A stretch of 64,000 nt of DNA from an uncultured Lishizhenia sp. (GCA_964559685.1 CAZLHR010000004.1:15389-79388), one strand, 5' to 3'. Counted from the first letter of the stretch, positions 38,816-48,518 are shown. A program made the numbers and translations. Notes: a model not told the origin generated them from the letters alone.

Positions 38816-39265
38816 ATGAAAAAATTATTCTTCTCTTTTGCATTTTTACTAGCTGCAATAGTTTCAGTAAATGCTCAAAACACGGCTGTTCAAGCTGGCG
38901 CTAAAATTGAATTTAGTAAAGAAACTCACGATTACGGGAACATTAAATACGATGGTGAACCTTACTGTACCTTCGAATTTAAGAACACAGGTGATCAACC
39001 CTTAATTATTTCAAATGCCAAAGGTTCTTGTGGTTGCACTGTTCCTGAATGGCCGAAAGAACCAATTGCACCAGGAGCTAAAGGTTCAATTCGAGTTAAA
39101 TACGATACAAAAAGACCAGGTCCAATTAATAAATCAGTAACTATCAATTCTAACGCTGTAAATGTGGAAGGTGGTATTTCTGTACTTAGAATCAAAGGAG
39201 AAGTTGGTCCTGCACCAGAAAACGGTACACCAGTTAACAATTCTGGAGCTCCAACCAACAACTAA
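38816..39265 (+). CDS. DUF1573 domain-containing protein
   Basis: Signal peptide, then FEFKNTGDQPLIISNAKGSCGCTVPEWPKEPIAPG, typical of DUF1573. Confidence 0.75.
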   Translation: MKKLFFSFAFLLAAIVSVNAQNTAVQAGAKIEFSKETHDYGNIKYDGEPYCTFEFKNTGDQPLIISNAKGSCGCTVPEWPKEPIAPGAKGSIRVKYDTKRPGPINKSVTINSNAVNVEGGISVLRIKGEVGPAPENGTPVNNSGAPTNN

Positions 39266-39270
39266 TTAAA

Positions 39271-39645
39271 TTGAAGAACTGGCTTTTAGTCTTTTCACTA
39301 CTTGGAACCGCCACTGTGTACGCACAGTCGGCGGTTTTTTCTGTACCTTATAGAACGGCAAAATTCCCAAAAACCCCAGAAGGAAAAATAATCCATTTTA
39401 CCTATTTAGTGACGAATAAAGGTAAGTCACCACTAATTATTTATTCTTCTGAGACTGAATGTTCTTGTACGGAAGTTGAGTTGCCTACCTCACCAATTGA
39501 ACCAGGAAATACAGGTAAAATTGAAGTCTATTTTAACACTTCAGGTAAGTATTTTTATCAAGACAGGTTAATTACATTAACAACGAATTCAAGAAAGAGA
39601 GTAGAAAGATTGCGCTTAAAGGTTTTCGTAATTCCTAAGGATTGA
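39271..39645 (+). CDS. DUF1573 domain-containing protein (paralogue; TTG start)
   Basis: Signal peptide, then YLVTNKGKSPLIIYSSETECSCTEVELPTSPIEPG. There is no ATG near the TTG start at 39271. Confidence 0.65.
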   Translation: MKNWLLVFSLLGTATVYAQSAVFSVPYRTAKFPKTPEGKIIHFTYLVTNKGKSPLIIYSSETECSCTEVELPTSPIEPGNTGKIEVYFNTSGKYFYQDRLITLTTNSRKRVERLRLKVFVIPKD

Positions 39646-39660
39646 GTCTCTGAAAACTAA

Positions 39661-40368
39661 TTAAATTTGATGAAGCAAATTATTTACTTCATTAAAATCT
39701 TTTACTTTGTATAGTGCAGTACTGCTCATTCCTTGTTCACGCAAAACATGTATCGTTTTCAAACCAGCAGCACTTGCCGAATCAATTTCCTCTTGAATAT
39801 CTGAAAGAAAAACAATGTCACAAGGATCAAGTCCAATTCGAGAAGCAATTTTCAGATATGACTCTTCACTTCTTTTAGGCCCAATATTGGTATCAAAATA
39901 ATGAGATATCCAATTGGTTAAATCACCAGCTACTGAATATTTAAAAATTAGCTTTTGTGCATTAACGGATCCAGATGAATATATTCCGACATATAATCCG
40001 TTTAAAACCCATTTCTCTAGATTGCTTACAACATCATCGTAAACATGACCTTTCAATTCACCGAGTTGATAACCTTTATCCCATATAATCCCTTGAAGGG
40101 TTTTCAAAGGTGTTAATTTCCTGTCCTCTCTGCTCCATTGAAGTAATTTTTGAATAACCTCTTCGCTTGTCGTAATAACAATTCCTTCCTCTTGTTGGCA
40201 TAGATTAATCACTTGCGAAAATGCTTCTTTTACTTCAGAAAGATGTGCAAACTGAGTGATTTCAGCAATGTGATTTCTAAAGTACGGAAAAAGTACATCG
40301 TATACATAAGACACTGAAGATGTTGTTCCTTCTATATCTGAAAGCACAAAACGGCAACGAAAACTCAT
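39661..40368 (-). CDS. mtnC: acireductone synthase (enolase-phosphatase E1)
   Basis: HAD motif I (LSDIEGTTSS), plus IYSSGS and FLSDI. It lies immediately after mtnD. Confidence 0.8.
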   Translation of the reverse strand: MSFRCRFVLSDIEGTTSSVSYVYDVLFPYFRNHIAEITQFAHLSEVKEAFSQVINLCQQEEGIVITTSEEVIQKLLQWSREDRKLTPLKTLQGIIWDKGYQLGELKGHVYDDVVSNLEKWVLNGLYVGIYSSGSVNAQKLIFKYSVAGDLTNWISHYFDTNIGPKRSEESYLKIASRIGLDPCDIVFLSDIQEEIDSASAAGLKTIHVLREQGMSSTALYKVKDFNEVNNLLHQI

Positions 40369-40905
40369 TTAGGACATTTTAAAATCAGTAAAAGACTTTT
40401 CAATTTGAGAGTTCGTATAATGCGGTACCCATCCACTCATGTCTATAAATATGCGAATGGCTTTTACAAAAGGATTTGTTTCTCCAGCATCAAACCAATG
40501 TTTTGTTCCTTCTGGAACAGAAATTAAATCTCCTTTTTCACAAAGTAAATTAAAAATAGGCTCCCCCTCTAAATGAAACCAGAATAATCCCTTTCCATCC
40601 ACGAAAAAACGAATTTCATCTTCTGTATGAATATGTTCAGCAAGAAATTTCGTACGAATAGCCTCATAATTCTCAGTAGTGGAATGAATAGAAATCACGT
40701 CTGCAGTTTGGTAACCACCATGTTTCATGAACGGAACTAAGTCCTTTTCATAAGCTTTCAATATTTCTTCTTGCGTTGCTGAATCTTCAAAAATCACATC
40801 GCAGGTCCATTGGTCGAAGAAAATTCCACGAGCTTCAAAAAAATGTCGTATTTCTTCAACATTTCGAGTTTGAAAGTCTTTCTCAGGTATTGATAATACT
40901 GCCAT
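40369..40905 (-). CDS. mtnD: acireductone dioxygenase
   Basis: ARD cupin with EHIHTEDEIRFFVDGKG and PEGTKHWFD. Confidence 0.85.
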   Translation of the reverse strand: MAVLSIPEKDFQTRNVEEIRHFFEARGIFFDQWTCDVIFEDSATQEEILKAYEKDLVPFMKHGGYQTADVISIHSTTENYEAIRTKFLAEHIHTEDEIRFFVDGKGLFWFHLEGEPIFNLLCEKGDLISVPEGTKHWFDAGETNPFVKAIRIFIDMSGWVPHYTNSQIEKSFTDFKMS

Positions 40906-41507
40906 TACTTTGTATTTATGAATTCACATTGACAAAGATAATCCAAAGTTTCTAAATGTCTTTTTGCTTCAAAAAGTGTAGTTCCCCATGCGTAAGTACC
41001 GTGTTTTCTTATTATAAAGCAATTATTCCTTAATTGAGGTCTTCGATATGATAGCTCTTGCTTGAAATAGGTCATGTCTTGATTGTTCGAAAAAATAGGT
41101 ATCAACGTTTTTGTCTCATGAGTGTATACTTCTGGAAAACCTTTCTGAATTTCATATCCTTCAACGGAAAATTCATTTAGCAATTTTATTGAAACTAATA
41201 CTGGAAATGGACCATGACTATGCAAAATAAATTTAGTTTCTGGAAACAGATCGTAAAGCACGCAATGGATTAGAGTTTCTGCAGATGGTTTAACATTTGA
41301 ATACTCACCAATTGATTCTCCAAGGTTAGAAACCGTAATAAAATCATCAACAGAAATTATTGATTTATCAATTCCGGATTTAGTAACCCAAATTTGTCCT
41401 GTTTCATCTTTGAATGAATAATTTGTAGAGGTAGCTGGAGACCATCCTCTCAAATTATAACTTTTAATTACATCAACCATTTCTTGTTTTACCTGACTCA
41501 ACTTCAT
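40905..41507 (-). CDS. mtnB: methylthioribulose-1-phosphate dehydratase (class II aldolase/adducin family)
   Basis: 200 aa with ILHSH and RKHGTYAWG motifs. Its 1-nt overlap with mtnD completes an mtnB-D-C set. Confidence 0.75.
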   Translation of the reverse strand: MKLSQVKQEMVDVIKSYNLRGWSPATSTNYSFKDETGQIWVTKSGIDKSIISVDDFITVSNLGESIGEYSNVKPSAETLIHCVLYDLFPETKFILHSHGPFPVLVSIKLLNEFSVEGYEIQKGFPEVYTHETKTLIPIFSNNQDMTYFKQELSYRRPQLRNNCFIIRKHGTYAWGTTLFEAKRHLETLDYLCQCEFINTK

Positions 41508-41511
41508 TTTT

Positions 41512-41519
41512 CAAAGATA
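41512..41519 (-). promoter_or_regulatory. -7 box TATCTTTG 4 nt upstream of the mtnB ATG (41507)
   Basis: Plus-strand caaagata is TATCTTTG on the minus strand. It directly abuts the T run of the upstream terminator. Confidence 0.45.
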
Positions 41520-41543
41520 AAAAAAACGCACTTTTCAGTGCGT
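41520..41543 (-). terminator. rho-independent terminator ending the dcw-ftsZ-yqeY transcription unit
   Basis: Minus strand reads acgcact-gaaa-agtgcgt followed by TTTTTTT. It lies 25 nt after the yqeY stop. Confidence 0.65.
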
Positions 41544-41567
41544 TTCCGTTATGTGATTGTTGTTTGT

Positions 41568-42017
41568 TTATTTATTTAAAGCTTCTTTGACCAATTGCGC
41601 TACAACCTTCCCATCTGCCTTTCCTGCTAATCGTGAAGTTAAAAGCCCCATCACCTTCCCCATTTGTTGTGGACCATCAGCACCAGACTCTTGAATTGCC
41701 TTCAAAACTTCTTCTTGAATTTCTTCATTGTTCATCATCTTCGGTAAGTATTCTTCTATCACTTTGGCTTGAAAAATTTCATCCGCAGCTAAATCTTCTC
41801 TTCCTTGGGCCACATACAAATCATAGGTTTCCATGCGTTGTTTATGCAATTTCAAGCAAATTTTAATTGCCGCTTCATCACTCACTTCACCACAAGCACC
41901 AGAAGTCGCCTCAAGTAATAATTTCGATTTTATGTCACGCAATGCAGCAAGTCGCTCTTTCTCTTTAGCCAACATTGCTTGTTTAATAGCGTCGTTAATT
42001 TTCGCTGAAAAACTCAT
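41568..42017 (-). CDS. yqeY: GatB/YqeY domain-containing protein
   Basis: 149 aa (MSFSAKINDAIKQAMLAKEKERLAALRDIKS...). Its ATG is 1 nt after the ftsZ stop. Confidence 0.8.
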   Translation of the reverse strand: MSFSAKINDAIKQAMLAKEKERLAALRDIKSKLLLEATSGACGEVSDEAAIKICLKLHKQRMETYDLYVAQGREDLAADEIFQAKVIEEYLPKMMNNEEIQEEVLKAIQESGADGPQQMGKVMGLLTSRLAGKADGKVVAQLVKEALNK

Positions 42018-42018
42018 T

Positions 42019-43899
42019 TTAATCTACATTATCGTGTAAGAAATTATTATTTCTTAAAGAAAATTGGCCAGTTCCATCATCAGCTAACCCAAATCTTGAA
42101 AAATTCTCTTCTGAACTTGGTGTAGTAGAACTTAAGTTAATATTTCTTCTTACAAATGCAGGTTCCTTTTCAAACTCATTGATTCCGTCTGCTTTTTTCA
42201 ATTTTGCTGTATATTCTTGAATACGAGACACACGCTCTTGCGTTCTTTGTTGTAATTCTTCTGCAGAAATTGGACGTTTCAAATCATCCGTTGAAACAGG
42301 AGAAACAACATCATCTTCTAACATATGTCTTACTACGTTTTGACCTGTCGCTAAAGGCACTTCTGCAGACGATACCGTATCCTCTTTGCTTTCACTTGTC
42401 AGTTCCCAAGTGAAATCTTCAGTCGTATCCTCTAATTCAGCAAATGGCTCAACGTCCTCTGCCGTATATTCATTACTCCATGTAGTTTCTGGTGTTTCAT
42501 TAATCAAGGTTTCATTCCATACAGGTGTGGTTTCTTTTGTATCTGTAATTTCCTCTGTATTGCCGAACAAATCATAGGAAATCTTCTCCTCTGAAGAGGA
42601 TTCAACTACAGGCTGAATTGGTTCACTAAAAGAGAAAACTTCCTCATTTACAACATCTGAAACAACTGTTTCTGAAGTCACTTCATTAGTACTAGATGTT
42701 AAAACTTCTTCAGATAAATTTGAACTCGCATAGTTAGGTAAAACTTCGCTTGTTTCTGTTTTTAAAAAAGGTTCTTGCTGTAATTGTTCTGTAACGGAAA
42801 GTTCTTCTGCCGCTACATCTGTCGTTTCGGTACTAGCATAAACAGGCGAATCAAGCGGTGTGGTCAACTCTTTTCTTGCTTCATCCTCTAAGGATACAAC
42901 TTTACGCTCCGGTGCTTTTTCGAAACCTGTAAGAGGTTCAGAGCTGAACCCAGTTGCAATTAACGTAATACTCAAATTATCTCCTAAGGAACTGTCATAA
43001 CCATGACCCCAAATTACATCTGCCGTAGCACCAGCGGCATCTTGAATGTAATCAGTGATTTCAGTTATTTCGTCCATCATTACTTCTTTTTTACCATAAG
43101 TGATATTCAATAACACGTATTTCGCACCGTAAATATCATTATCGTTTAGAAGAGGTGATACCAATGCATTTTGAACAGCATCAATTGCTCTATTTTCACC
43201 TTCACCGATGGCACTTCCCATTATAGCTCGACCGGAGTTTCTCAGTACTGTATTAACATCATTGAAATCAACATTTATTATTCCAGTTACTGAAATTACT
43301 TCTGCGATACCTTTTGCTGCAACGGTTAAAATATTGTCAGCGTGTCCAAATGCTTGAGACAGAGACATATCTTTTCCAAAATCGCGTAGCCTTTCATTGT
43401 TAATAATTAATAATGTGTCTACGTTCTCTCTCATCTTATTCAGTCCGTCTTCTGCTTGTTGACGACGCTTACGGCCCTCAAAATTGAAGGGAACTGTTAC
43501 GATACCAACGGTAAGTATTCCAAGATCTTTCGCTACTTGTGCAATAACAGGTGCCGCACCTGTACCTGTACCACCACCCATACCAGCAGTTACAAACACC
43601 ATCTTCGTATTTCGAGAAAGTAGGTCTCTAATTTCTTCAATGTTTTCCATAGCTGCATTCATGCCGATTTCAGGAATCATTCCCGCACCGCGTCCTTCAG
43701 TAAGAGCAGGACCAAGTTGAATCTTGTAAGGTACTGGAGAAATATCCAAAGCTTGGCGATCCGTGTTACACACAATGAAATCAACACCAACGATTCCTTG
43801 GTTAAACATATGGTTTACGGCATTACTTCCTCCACCTCCTACACCAATTACTTTTATGATGGAGTTGTTATCTTTCGGTAAATCAAATTCTAATGACAT
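42019..43899 (-). CDS. ftsZ: cell division protein FtsZ (long acidic linker)
   Basis: GVGGGGSNAVNHM and GGGTGTGAAPVIA motifs. A roughly 250-aa E/T/S/V-rich linker precedes the conserved C-terminal peptide FLHDNVD. Confidence 0.95.
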   Translation of the reverse strand: MSLEFDLPKDNNSIIKVIGVGGGGSNAVNHMFNQGIVGVDFIVCNTDRQALDISPVPYKIQLGPALTEGRGAGMIPEIGMNAAMENIEEIRDLLSRNTKMVFVTAGMGGGTGTGAAPVIAQVAKDLGILTVGIVTVPFNFEGRKRRQQAEDGLNKMRENVDTLLIINNERLRDFGKDMSLSQAFGHADNILTVAAKGIAEVISVTGIINVDFNDVNTVLRNSGRAIMGSAIGEGENRAIDAVQNALVSPLLNDNDIYGAKYVLLNITYGKKEVMMDEITEITDYIQDAAGATADVIWGHGYDSSLGDNLSITLIATGFSSEPLTGFEKAPERKVVSLEDEARKELTTPLDSPVYASTETTDVAAEELSVTEQLQQEPFLKTETSEVLPNYASSNLSEEVLTSSTNEVTSETVVSDVVNEEVFSFSEPIQPVVESSSEEKISYDLFGNTEEITDTKETTPVWNETLINETPETTWSNEYTAEDVEPFAELEDTTEDFTWELTSESKEDTVSSAEVPLATGQNVVRHMLEDDVVSPVSTDDLKRPISAEELQQRTQERVSRIQEYTAKLKKADGINEFEKEPAFVRRNINLSSTTPSSEENFSRFGLADDGTGQFSLRNNNFLHDNVD

Positions 43900-43920
43900 A
43901 GTTCTAATTTTATTTCGTTT

Positions 43921-45273
43921 TTAATTATCGTTATCTTCAAAAAAGCCCTTTACTTTTGGTAGTATTTTATCGAAAAAACTTCCTCTTTTTTCTTTCTCTG
44001 AATGACCAGCAACCTCTGATTTTAAAGTCGTTTCTTGAACTTGTGGTTCAGCTTTAAACTTCCTCTCGAATTCTTCGAATCCTTTCAGTACTAACCCAAT
44101 TCCTGTGGCATACATAGGACTTGATAAATTTTTAATATCATTGGTATTTGCCAAGTGCTCGGTTGGATATCCAATTCTGGTATCCATACCTGTCATGTAT
44201 TCAAAAAGCTGAGTCAAATGTTTTAACTGCGCTCCACCACCCGTAACAACAATTCCTCCAATTAATTTCTTACTGTAACCGGAGTTTCTAATCTCATAGT
44301 TTACGAGTTCAATAATTTCTTCCATTCTTGCTTGAATGATGCTCGCCAAATTTTTTATGGTAATTTCTTTGGGATCTTTACCTCGAATACCTGGAATACA
44401 GACCACTTCATTATCTCTACTTTCTGAGGCCAATGCGCTACCAAATCGAACTTTTAAAGCTTCAGCGTGGCGTTGCATTATCTTACACCCTTCCTTAATA
44501 TCTTGGGTAATCACGTTTCCTCCAAATGGAATTACCGCGGTATGACGAATTAGACCGTCCTGGAAAATAGCTATATCTGTAGTTCCACCACCGATATCAA
44601 CGAGAACCACTCCCGCCTCCTTTTCTTCATCGCTCAACACTGATTCTGCCGAAGCAATTGGTTCAAGAATAATTCCTTTCGTATTAAGGCCTGAACGATC
44701 GACGCATTTTTTAATATTCAACACGTTACTAACCTGTCCAGTTATGATGTGGAAATTCGCTTCCAATCGTGTGCCCGCCATTCCTATCGGATCCTTAATT
44801 TCCGGCTCGTTATCTACAATATATTCTTGCGGGATAACATCAATAATTTCTTCGCCAGGATTCATCACCAACTGGTACATATCATCTATAAAATTATCGA
44901 TATCACGTTGAGAAATTTCTCCGTCTTTTGCTCTGCGGGTGTATATTCCTCGGTGTTGCAAACTTTTTATATGTTGACCTGCAATTCCAACAAAAACATT
45001 TTTAATTTGAAGATTGCCATCTTTGCAATTTTGCGCTTCTTGAACAGCTGTGGTAATGGACTGAATTGTTCTTTCGATATTTGAAACAACACCGCGCATG
45101 ACACCAAGGGACTCACTTCGTCCCATAGAAATAATCTCAATCTTGTTGTGTTCGTTTTTTCTTCCTACAAAACAAGCAATTTTAGTTGTTCCGATGTCTA
45201 AGCCTATTACCACAGGACTTTTTCTAGTTGGCTGGTTGCTCATATCTTTTTCTGCAAACGATTTGTCCATCAT
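43921..45273 (-). CDS. ftsA: cell division protein FtsA
   Basis: Actin-fold motifs (GLDIGTTK, VDIGGGTTDIA, VVTGGGAQL). The start may instead be Met11 at 45243. Confidence 0.9.
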   Translation of the reverse strand: MMDKSFAEKDMSNQPTRKSPVVIGLDIGTTKIACFVGRKNEHNKIEIISMGRSESLGVMRGVVSNIERTIQSITTAVQEAQNCKDGNLQIKNVFVGIAGQHIKSLQHRGIYTRRAKDGEISQRDIDNFIDDMYQLVMNPGEEIIDVIPQEYIVDNEPEIKDPIGMAGTRLEANFHIITGQVSNVLNIKKCVDRSGLNTKGIILEPIASAESVLSDEEKEAGVVLVDIGGGTTDIAIFQDGLIRHTAVIPFGGNVITQDIKEGCKIMQRHAEALKVRFGSALASESRDNEVVCIPGIRGKDPKEITIKNLASIIQARMEEIIELVNYEIRNSGYSKKLIGGIVVTGGGAQLKHLTQLFEYMTGMDTRIGYPTEHLANTNDIKNLSSPMYATGIGLVLKGFEEFERKFKAEPQVQETTLKSEVAGHSEKEKRGSFFDKILPKVKGFFEDNDN

Positions 45274-46036
45274 AACTTAAATTAATTTCAGCATATTTAT
45301 TCCACCCTTCAAAAGGCAATCCTTGCTGATAAAAGACCTTTAATCGATCAAATTTATCAGCGACGCTTCGCTCAGAATCTGCCTTTCCAAAAACAATCAA
45401 TGCTTCTCCGACTATTGGAATCATTATAAAATCCCCATTCTCATCTATGTGCACTTGAGATATCAAATGATACAATAGCGGATCATTGCAAACATAATTT
45501 GAAATTCGGTAGATATCGTCTAATTTTTTAATACTTTTCAAGGAGTCGTTGTTAATAATCTGATTTATATTTCCCTCTTGAAATTTATCTTTAATATTTC
45601 CTGAAAAAACAAGTGTCCTCGCTGTGTGTAGTTCTGATCGGTTCATTAAAAAACCCTCGGCATCAAGGTAGAATGACTGGCCGGATTGATTAAAAATTCG
45701 AGCTATTGGTTTTCTTAATTCTAATTCAATATTCCATGTGCTGCCAATAGCTCTAAACACATGAGCATTTTTAACTTCTGGCATGTTATTAATAGCCTCT
45801 TCTATACTATTAATGTCCAACTCCATCACGCGTTGATCACTAAAAATTAGTTGTTTTTCTCTTAAACGATGTAACAATTCTTTCTCAGTCAACATTGCAT
45901 TCTCTCCTTCGTAATGGATTGCAACATTGGGTGAATCAATGATTTTGTGTTCATCGAATTTATTTGCCAAATAAAAAATTAATCCTACACCGGTTAGTAG
46001 AAGAATCCATGCAGATATTTTTAGCCACATTTTCAT
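45224..46036 (-). CDS. ftsQ: cell division protein FtsQ
   Basis: N-terminal TM helix followed by a POTRA-like region. It sits between murC and ftsA. Confidence 0.7.
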   Translation of the reverse strand: MKMWLKISAWILLLTGVGLIFYLANKFDEHKIIDSPNVAIHYEGENAMLTEKELLHRLREKQLIFSDQRVMELDINSIEEAINNMPEVKNAHVFRAIGSTWNIELELRKPIARIFNQSGQSFYLDAEGFLMNRSELHTARTLVFSGNIKDKFQEGNINQIINNDSLKSIKKLDDIYRISNYVCNDPLLYHLISQVHIDENGDFIMIPIVGEALIVFGKADSERSVADKFDRLKVFYQQGLPFEGWNKYAEINLSYDGQIVCRKRYEQPAN

Positions 46037-47418
46037 TCGCTTAAATTGCTTTGAAGAATTTCTTTTAACGGTTGAACAATTCTATCAATATCTCCGGCTC
46101 CAATAGTTACAACAACTCCATTTTTTTGCTCTTTAAAATGTTGAATAACTTCAGAGGGGGATTTCAATGACTTATTTTTCAATTTAATTTTTTGCAATAG
46201 CCAATCGCTTGTAATTCCGTGAATTGGCTCTTCTCTTGCTGGGTAAATTGGCATTAAAATCAACTCATCCAACATGGATAATTCAGTTGCAAAACCTTCG
46301 GCAAAATCTCTTGTCCTAGAAAATAAATGCGGTTGAAAAATCCCAATCAAAGGTTTATTCGGATACAGCATTCTCAGCGAGGAAATTAAACTATTAATTT
46401 CCATTGGATGGTGCGCATAATCGTCTAGGTATATTAATTCCTCACTTCTAATATGGTATTCAAATCTTCTTTTAACTCCTAAAAAACTAGACAACCCCAT
46501 TCTTAAATCTGCTTCATTCATTCCCAATTCAGTCAACAAGGCAATACATGCTAGGGCGTTTTCTGCGTTATGGAGTCCTGGTATTCCCAGTTTTACATTC
46601 GGCATATTTACTCTTCGACCTCTTACGTCGCCATGTAAATAACCATTCAACCATCGTAAATTATGCATGGAATAATCGGCTGTCTCCGAAAACAATGCAT
46701 AGGTTATTACCTTAGATAAACTAGGTAAATTCAACCCTTCCTTTTGAACAGAAAATCCATTCATATCAGACTTCATTGCATATTGTCGAAAACCCTCAAT
46801 GAATTGCTCTTTACTGCCATAAATATCCAAATGATCTGGATCAGCAGCAGTTATGATGGAACTGTGCGGGCTGAGTTGTAAAAACGACCTATCAAACTCA
46901 TCAGCCTCTATAACTGTCCACTCACTTGAAGATGAGAGCACAATGTTTGAATTAAAATTTGTAGCGATACCACCAAGAAAAGCGTTACATTTCCATGTAC
47001 TTTCATTCAAAATATGCGCGAGGATAGAGCTCGTGGTGGTTTTTCCGTGAGTGCCGGCAACACATAAACCTTTAGAAAATCGTGTGATTAAGCCTAAAAC
47101 TTCTGCTCTTTTCATCACTTGAAAATCATGAGACTGAAAGTACATGAGCTCTTTCATGTTTTTAGGTACAGCAGGCGTAATAACTATCAATGTGTTTTCC
47201 GATTCCATAAATTCTTTCGGAACTTCTTGTATATCATCCTCGTAATGTAGCCAAGCGCCTTCCGATCGTAAGTTTTCCGTCAACTCACTCGATGTCTTGT
47301 CGTAGCCACCTACGCTTTTTCCAAGACTTATAAAATACCGAGCAAGTGCAGACATCCCGATTCCTCCTATTCCTATAAAATAGACAGTAGAAAATTTACT
47401 TAAACTTACCCTATTCAT
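46033..47418 (-). CDS. murC: UDP-N-acetylmuramate--L-alanine ligase
   Basis: GIGGIGMSALA, GTHGKTTT and DDYAHHP motifs. Confidence 0.9.
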   Translation of the reverse strand: MNRVSLSKFSTVYFIGIGGIGMSALARYFISLGKSVGGYDKTSSELTENLRSEGAWLHYEDDIQEVPKEFMESENTLIVITPAVPKNMKELMYFQSHDFQVMKRAEVLGLITRFSKGLCVAGTHGKTTTSSILAHILNESTWKCNAFLGGIATNFNSNIVLSSSSEWTVIEADEFDRSFLQLSPHSSIITAADPDHLDIYGSKEQFIEGFRQYAMKSDMNGFSVQKEGLNLPSLSKVITYALFSETADYSMHNLRWLNGYLHGDVRGRRVNMPNVKLGIPGLHNAENALACIALLTELGMNEADLRMGLSSFLGVKRRFEYHIRSEELIYLDDYAHHPMEINSLISSLRMLYPNKPLIGIFQPHLFSRTRDFAEGFATELSMLDELILMPIYPAREEPIHGITSDWLLQKIKLKNKSLKSPSEVIQHFKEQKNGVVVTIGAGDIDRIVQPLKEILQSNLSE

Positions 47419-48518
47419 GATTGAATTGCTTTTTCACATTCATTTACTATTTCTTGGGTAGCATGTGGCTTTGCCAATGAACTGCAATTTGATTCTAGTT
47501 TTATAATTTCGGATTGATCAGCCAACAAGGATTTAACTATATGCATCAACTTATTATTCAATTCGTTGTCTTTGATTAAAATGGCGGCATTTTTCACTAC
47601 TAAAGACATAGCATTTTTAGTTTGATGATCTTCTGCCACATTCGGAGATGGAACTAAAATCGACGCCTTACCCAAAAGGCATAATTCAGATACAGATAAA
47701 GCTCCAGCTCTAGAAACAACAATATCCGCGGAAGCATATGCTAAATCCATGCGTTGAATAAACTGCAGCAAAACAATGTTCTTGGCTCTACTTTTTTCAA
47801 CTATTTCTAATAGGTTCTCATAATACAATTTGCCGCATTGCCAAACTACTTGAATTTCATTTTCAAGAGCTTTCCAGCCTTCAATTTCATTAGAAATCGC
47901 TTGGTTAATAGATCTTGCACCGAGTGAACCTCCAATAACGAGTATAGTTTTCTTATTTGGGTCTAATTTAAAAAACTCAAATGCCTCTAATCTATTCACT
48001 TGAACAGACATTTCTTTTCGCACAGGATTACCTGTCAACACGATTTTCTCTTTTGAAAAAAATGATTCCATTCCGTCGTAAGCTACACAAATCGTTTTTG
48101 CTTTTTTAGCTAGAAGTTTATTGGTTTTTCCTGCAAACGAATTTTGTTCTTGAATTAACGTTGGTATACCTAACAAATTTGCCATTTTCAGTGTTGGTCC
48201 ACTAGCATAACCTCCCACTCCGATGACAAGCTGCGGTTTGAACGAACGAATAATTGCTCTTGCTTTTAACAAGCTTTTTGCAATTTTAAATGGTAACAGA
48301 AAATTTGAAAAAGTCAATCTTCTTTGAAGTCCCGCGATTGGTAAACCAACGATTGCATAACCAGCTTGAGGTACTTTTTCCATCTCCATTCTGCCTTGTG
48401 CTCCAACAAATAGAATCTCAATTTTAGGATTTCTATTTTTTAATTCATCCGCAATAGCCACAGCTGGGAAAATATGTCCCCCTGTTCCTCCTCCGGATAT
48501 TATTACTCTTTCTATCAT
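47415..48518 (-). CDS. murG: undecaprenyldiphospho-muramoylpentapeptide beta-N-acetylglucosaminyltransferase
   Basis: GGGTGGHIFPA, GGSLGA and RAGALSVSE motifs. Confidence 0.9.
   Translation of the reverse strand: MIERVIISGGGTGGHIFPAVAIADELKNRNPKIEILFVGAQGRMEMEKVPQAGYAIVGLPIAGLQRRLTFSNFLLPFKIAKSLLKARAIIRSFKPQLVIGVGGYASGPTLKMANLLGIPTLIQEQNSFAGKTNKLLAKKAKTICVAYDGMESFFSKEKIVLTGNPVRKEMSVQVNRLEAFEFFKLDPNKKTILVIGGSLGARSINQAISNEIEGWKALENEIQVVWQCGKLYYENLLEIVEKSRAKNIVLLQFIQRMDLAYASADIVVSRAGALSVSELCLLGKASILVPSPNVAEDHQTKNAMSLVVKNAAILIKDNELNNKLMHIVKSLLADQSEIIKLESNCSSLAKPHATQEIVNECEKAIQS

Noticed and set aside
42019-42950. Very long E/T/S/V-rich acidic region in FtsZ, considered as a possible insertion, repeat or fused gene
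   Set aside because: It lies between the globular GTPase domain and the conserved C-terminal peptide (FLHDNVD), exactly where the intrinsically disordered FtsZ linker sits. I saw no exact DNA repeats. Long linkers are common in this phylum, so this is not treated as novel.
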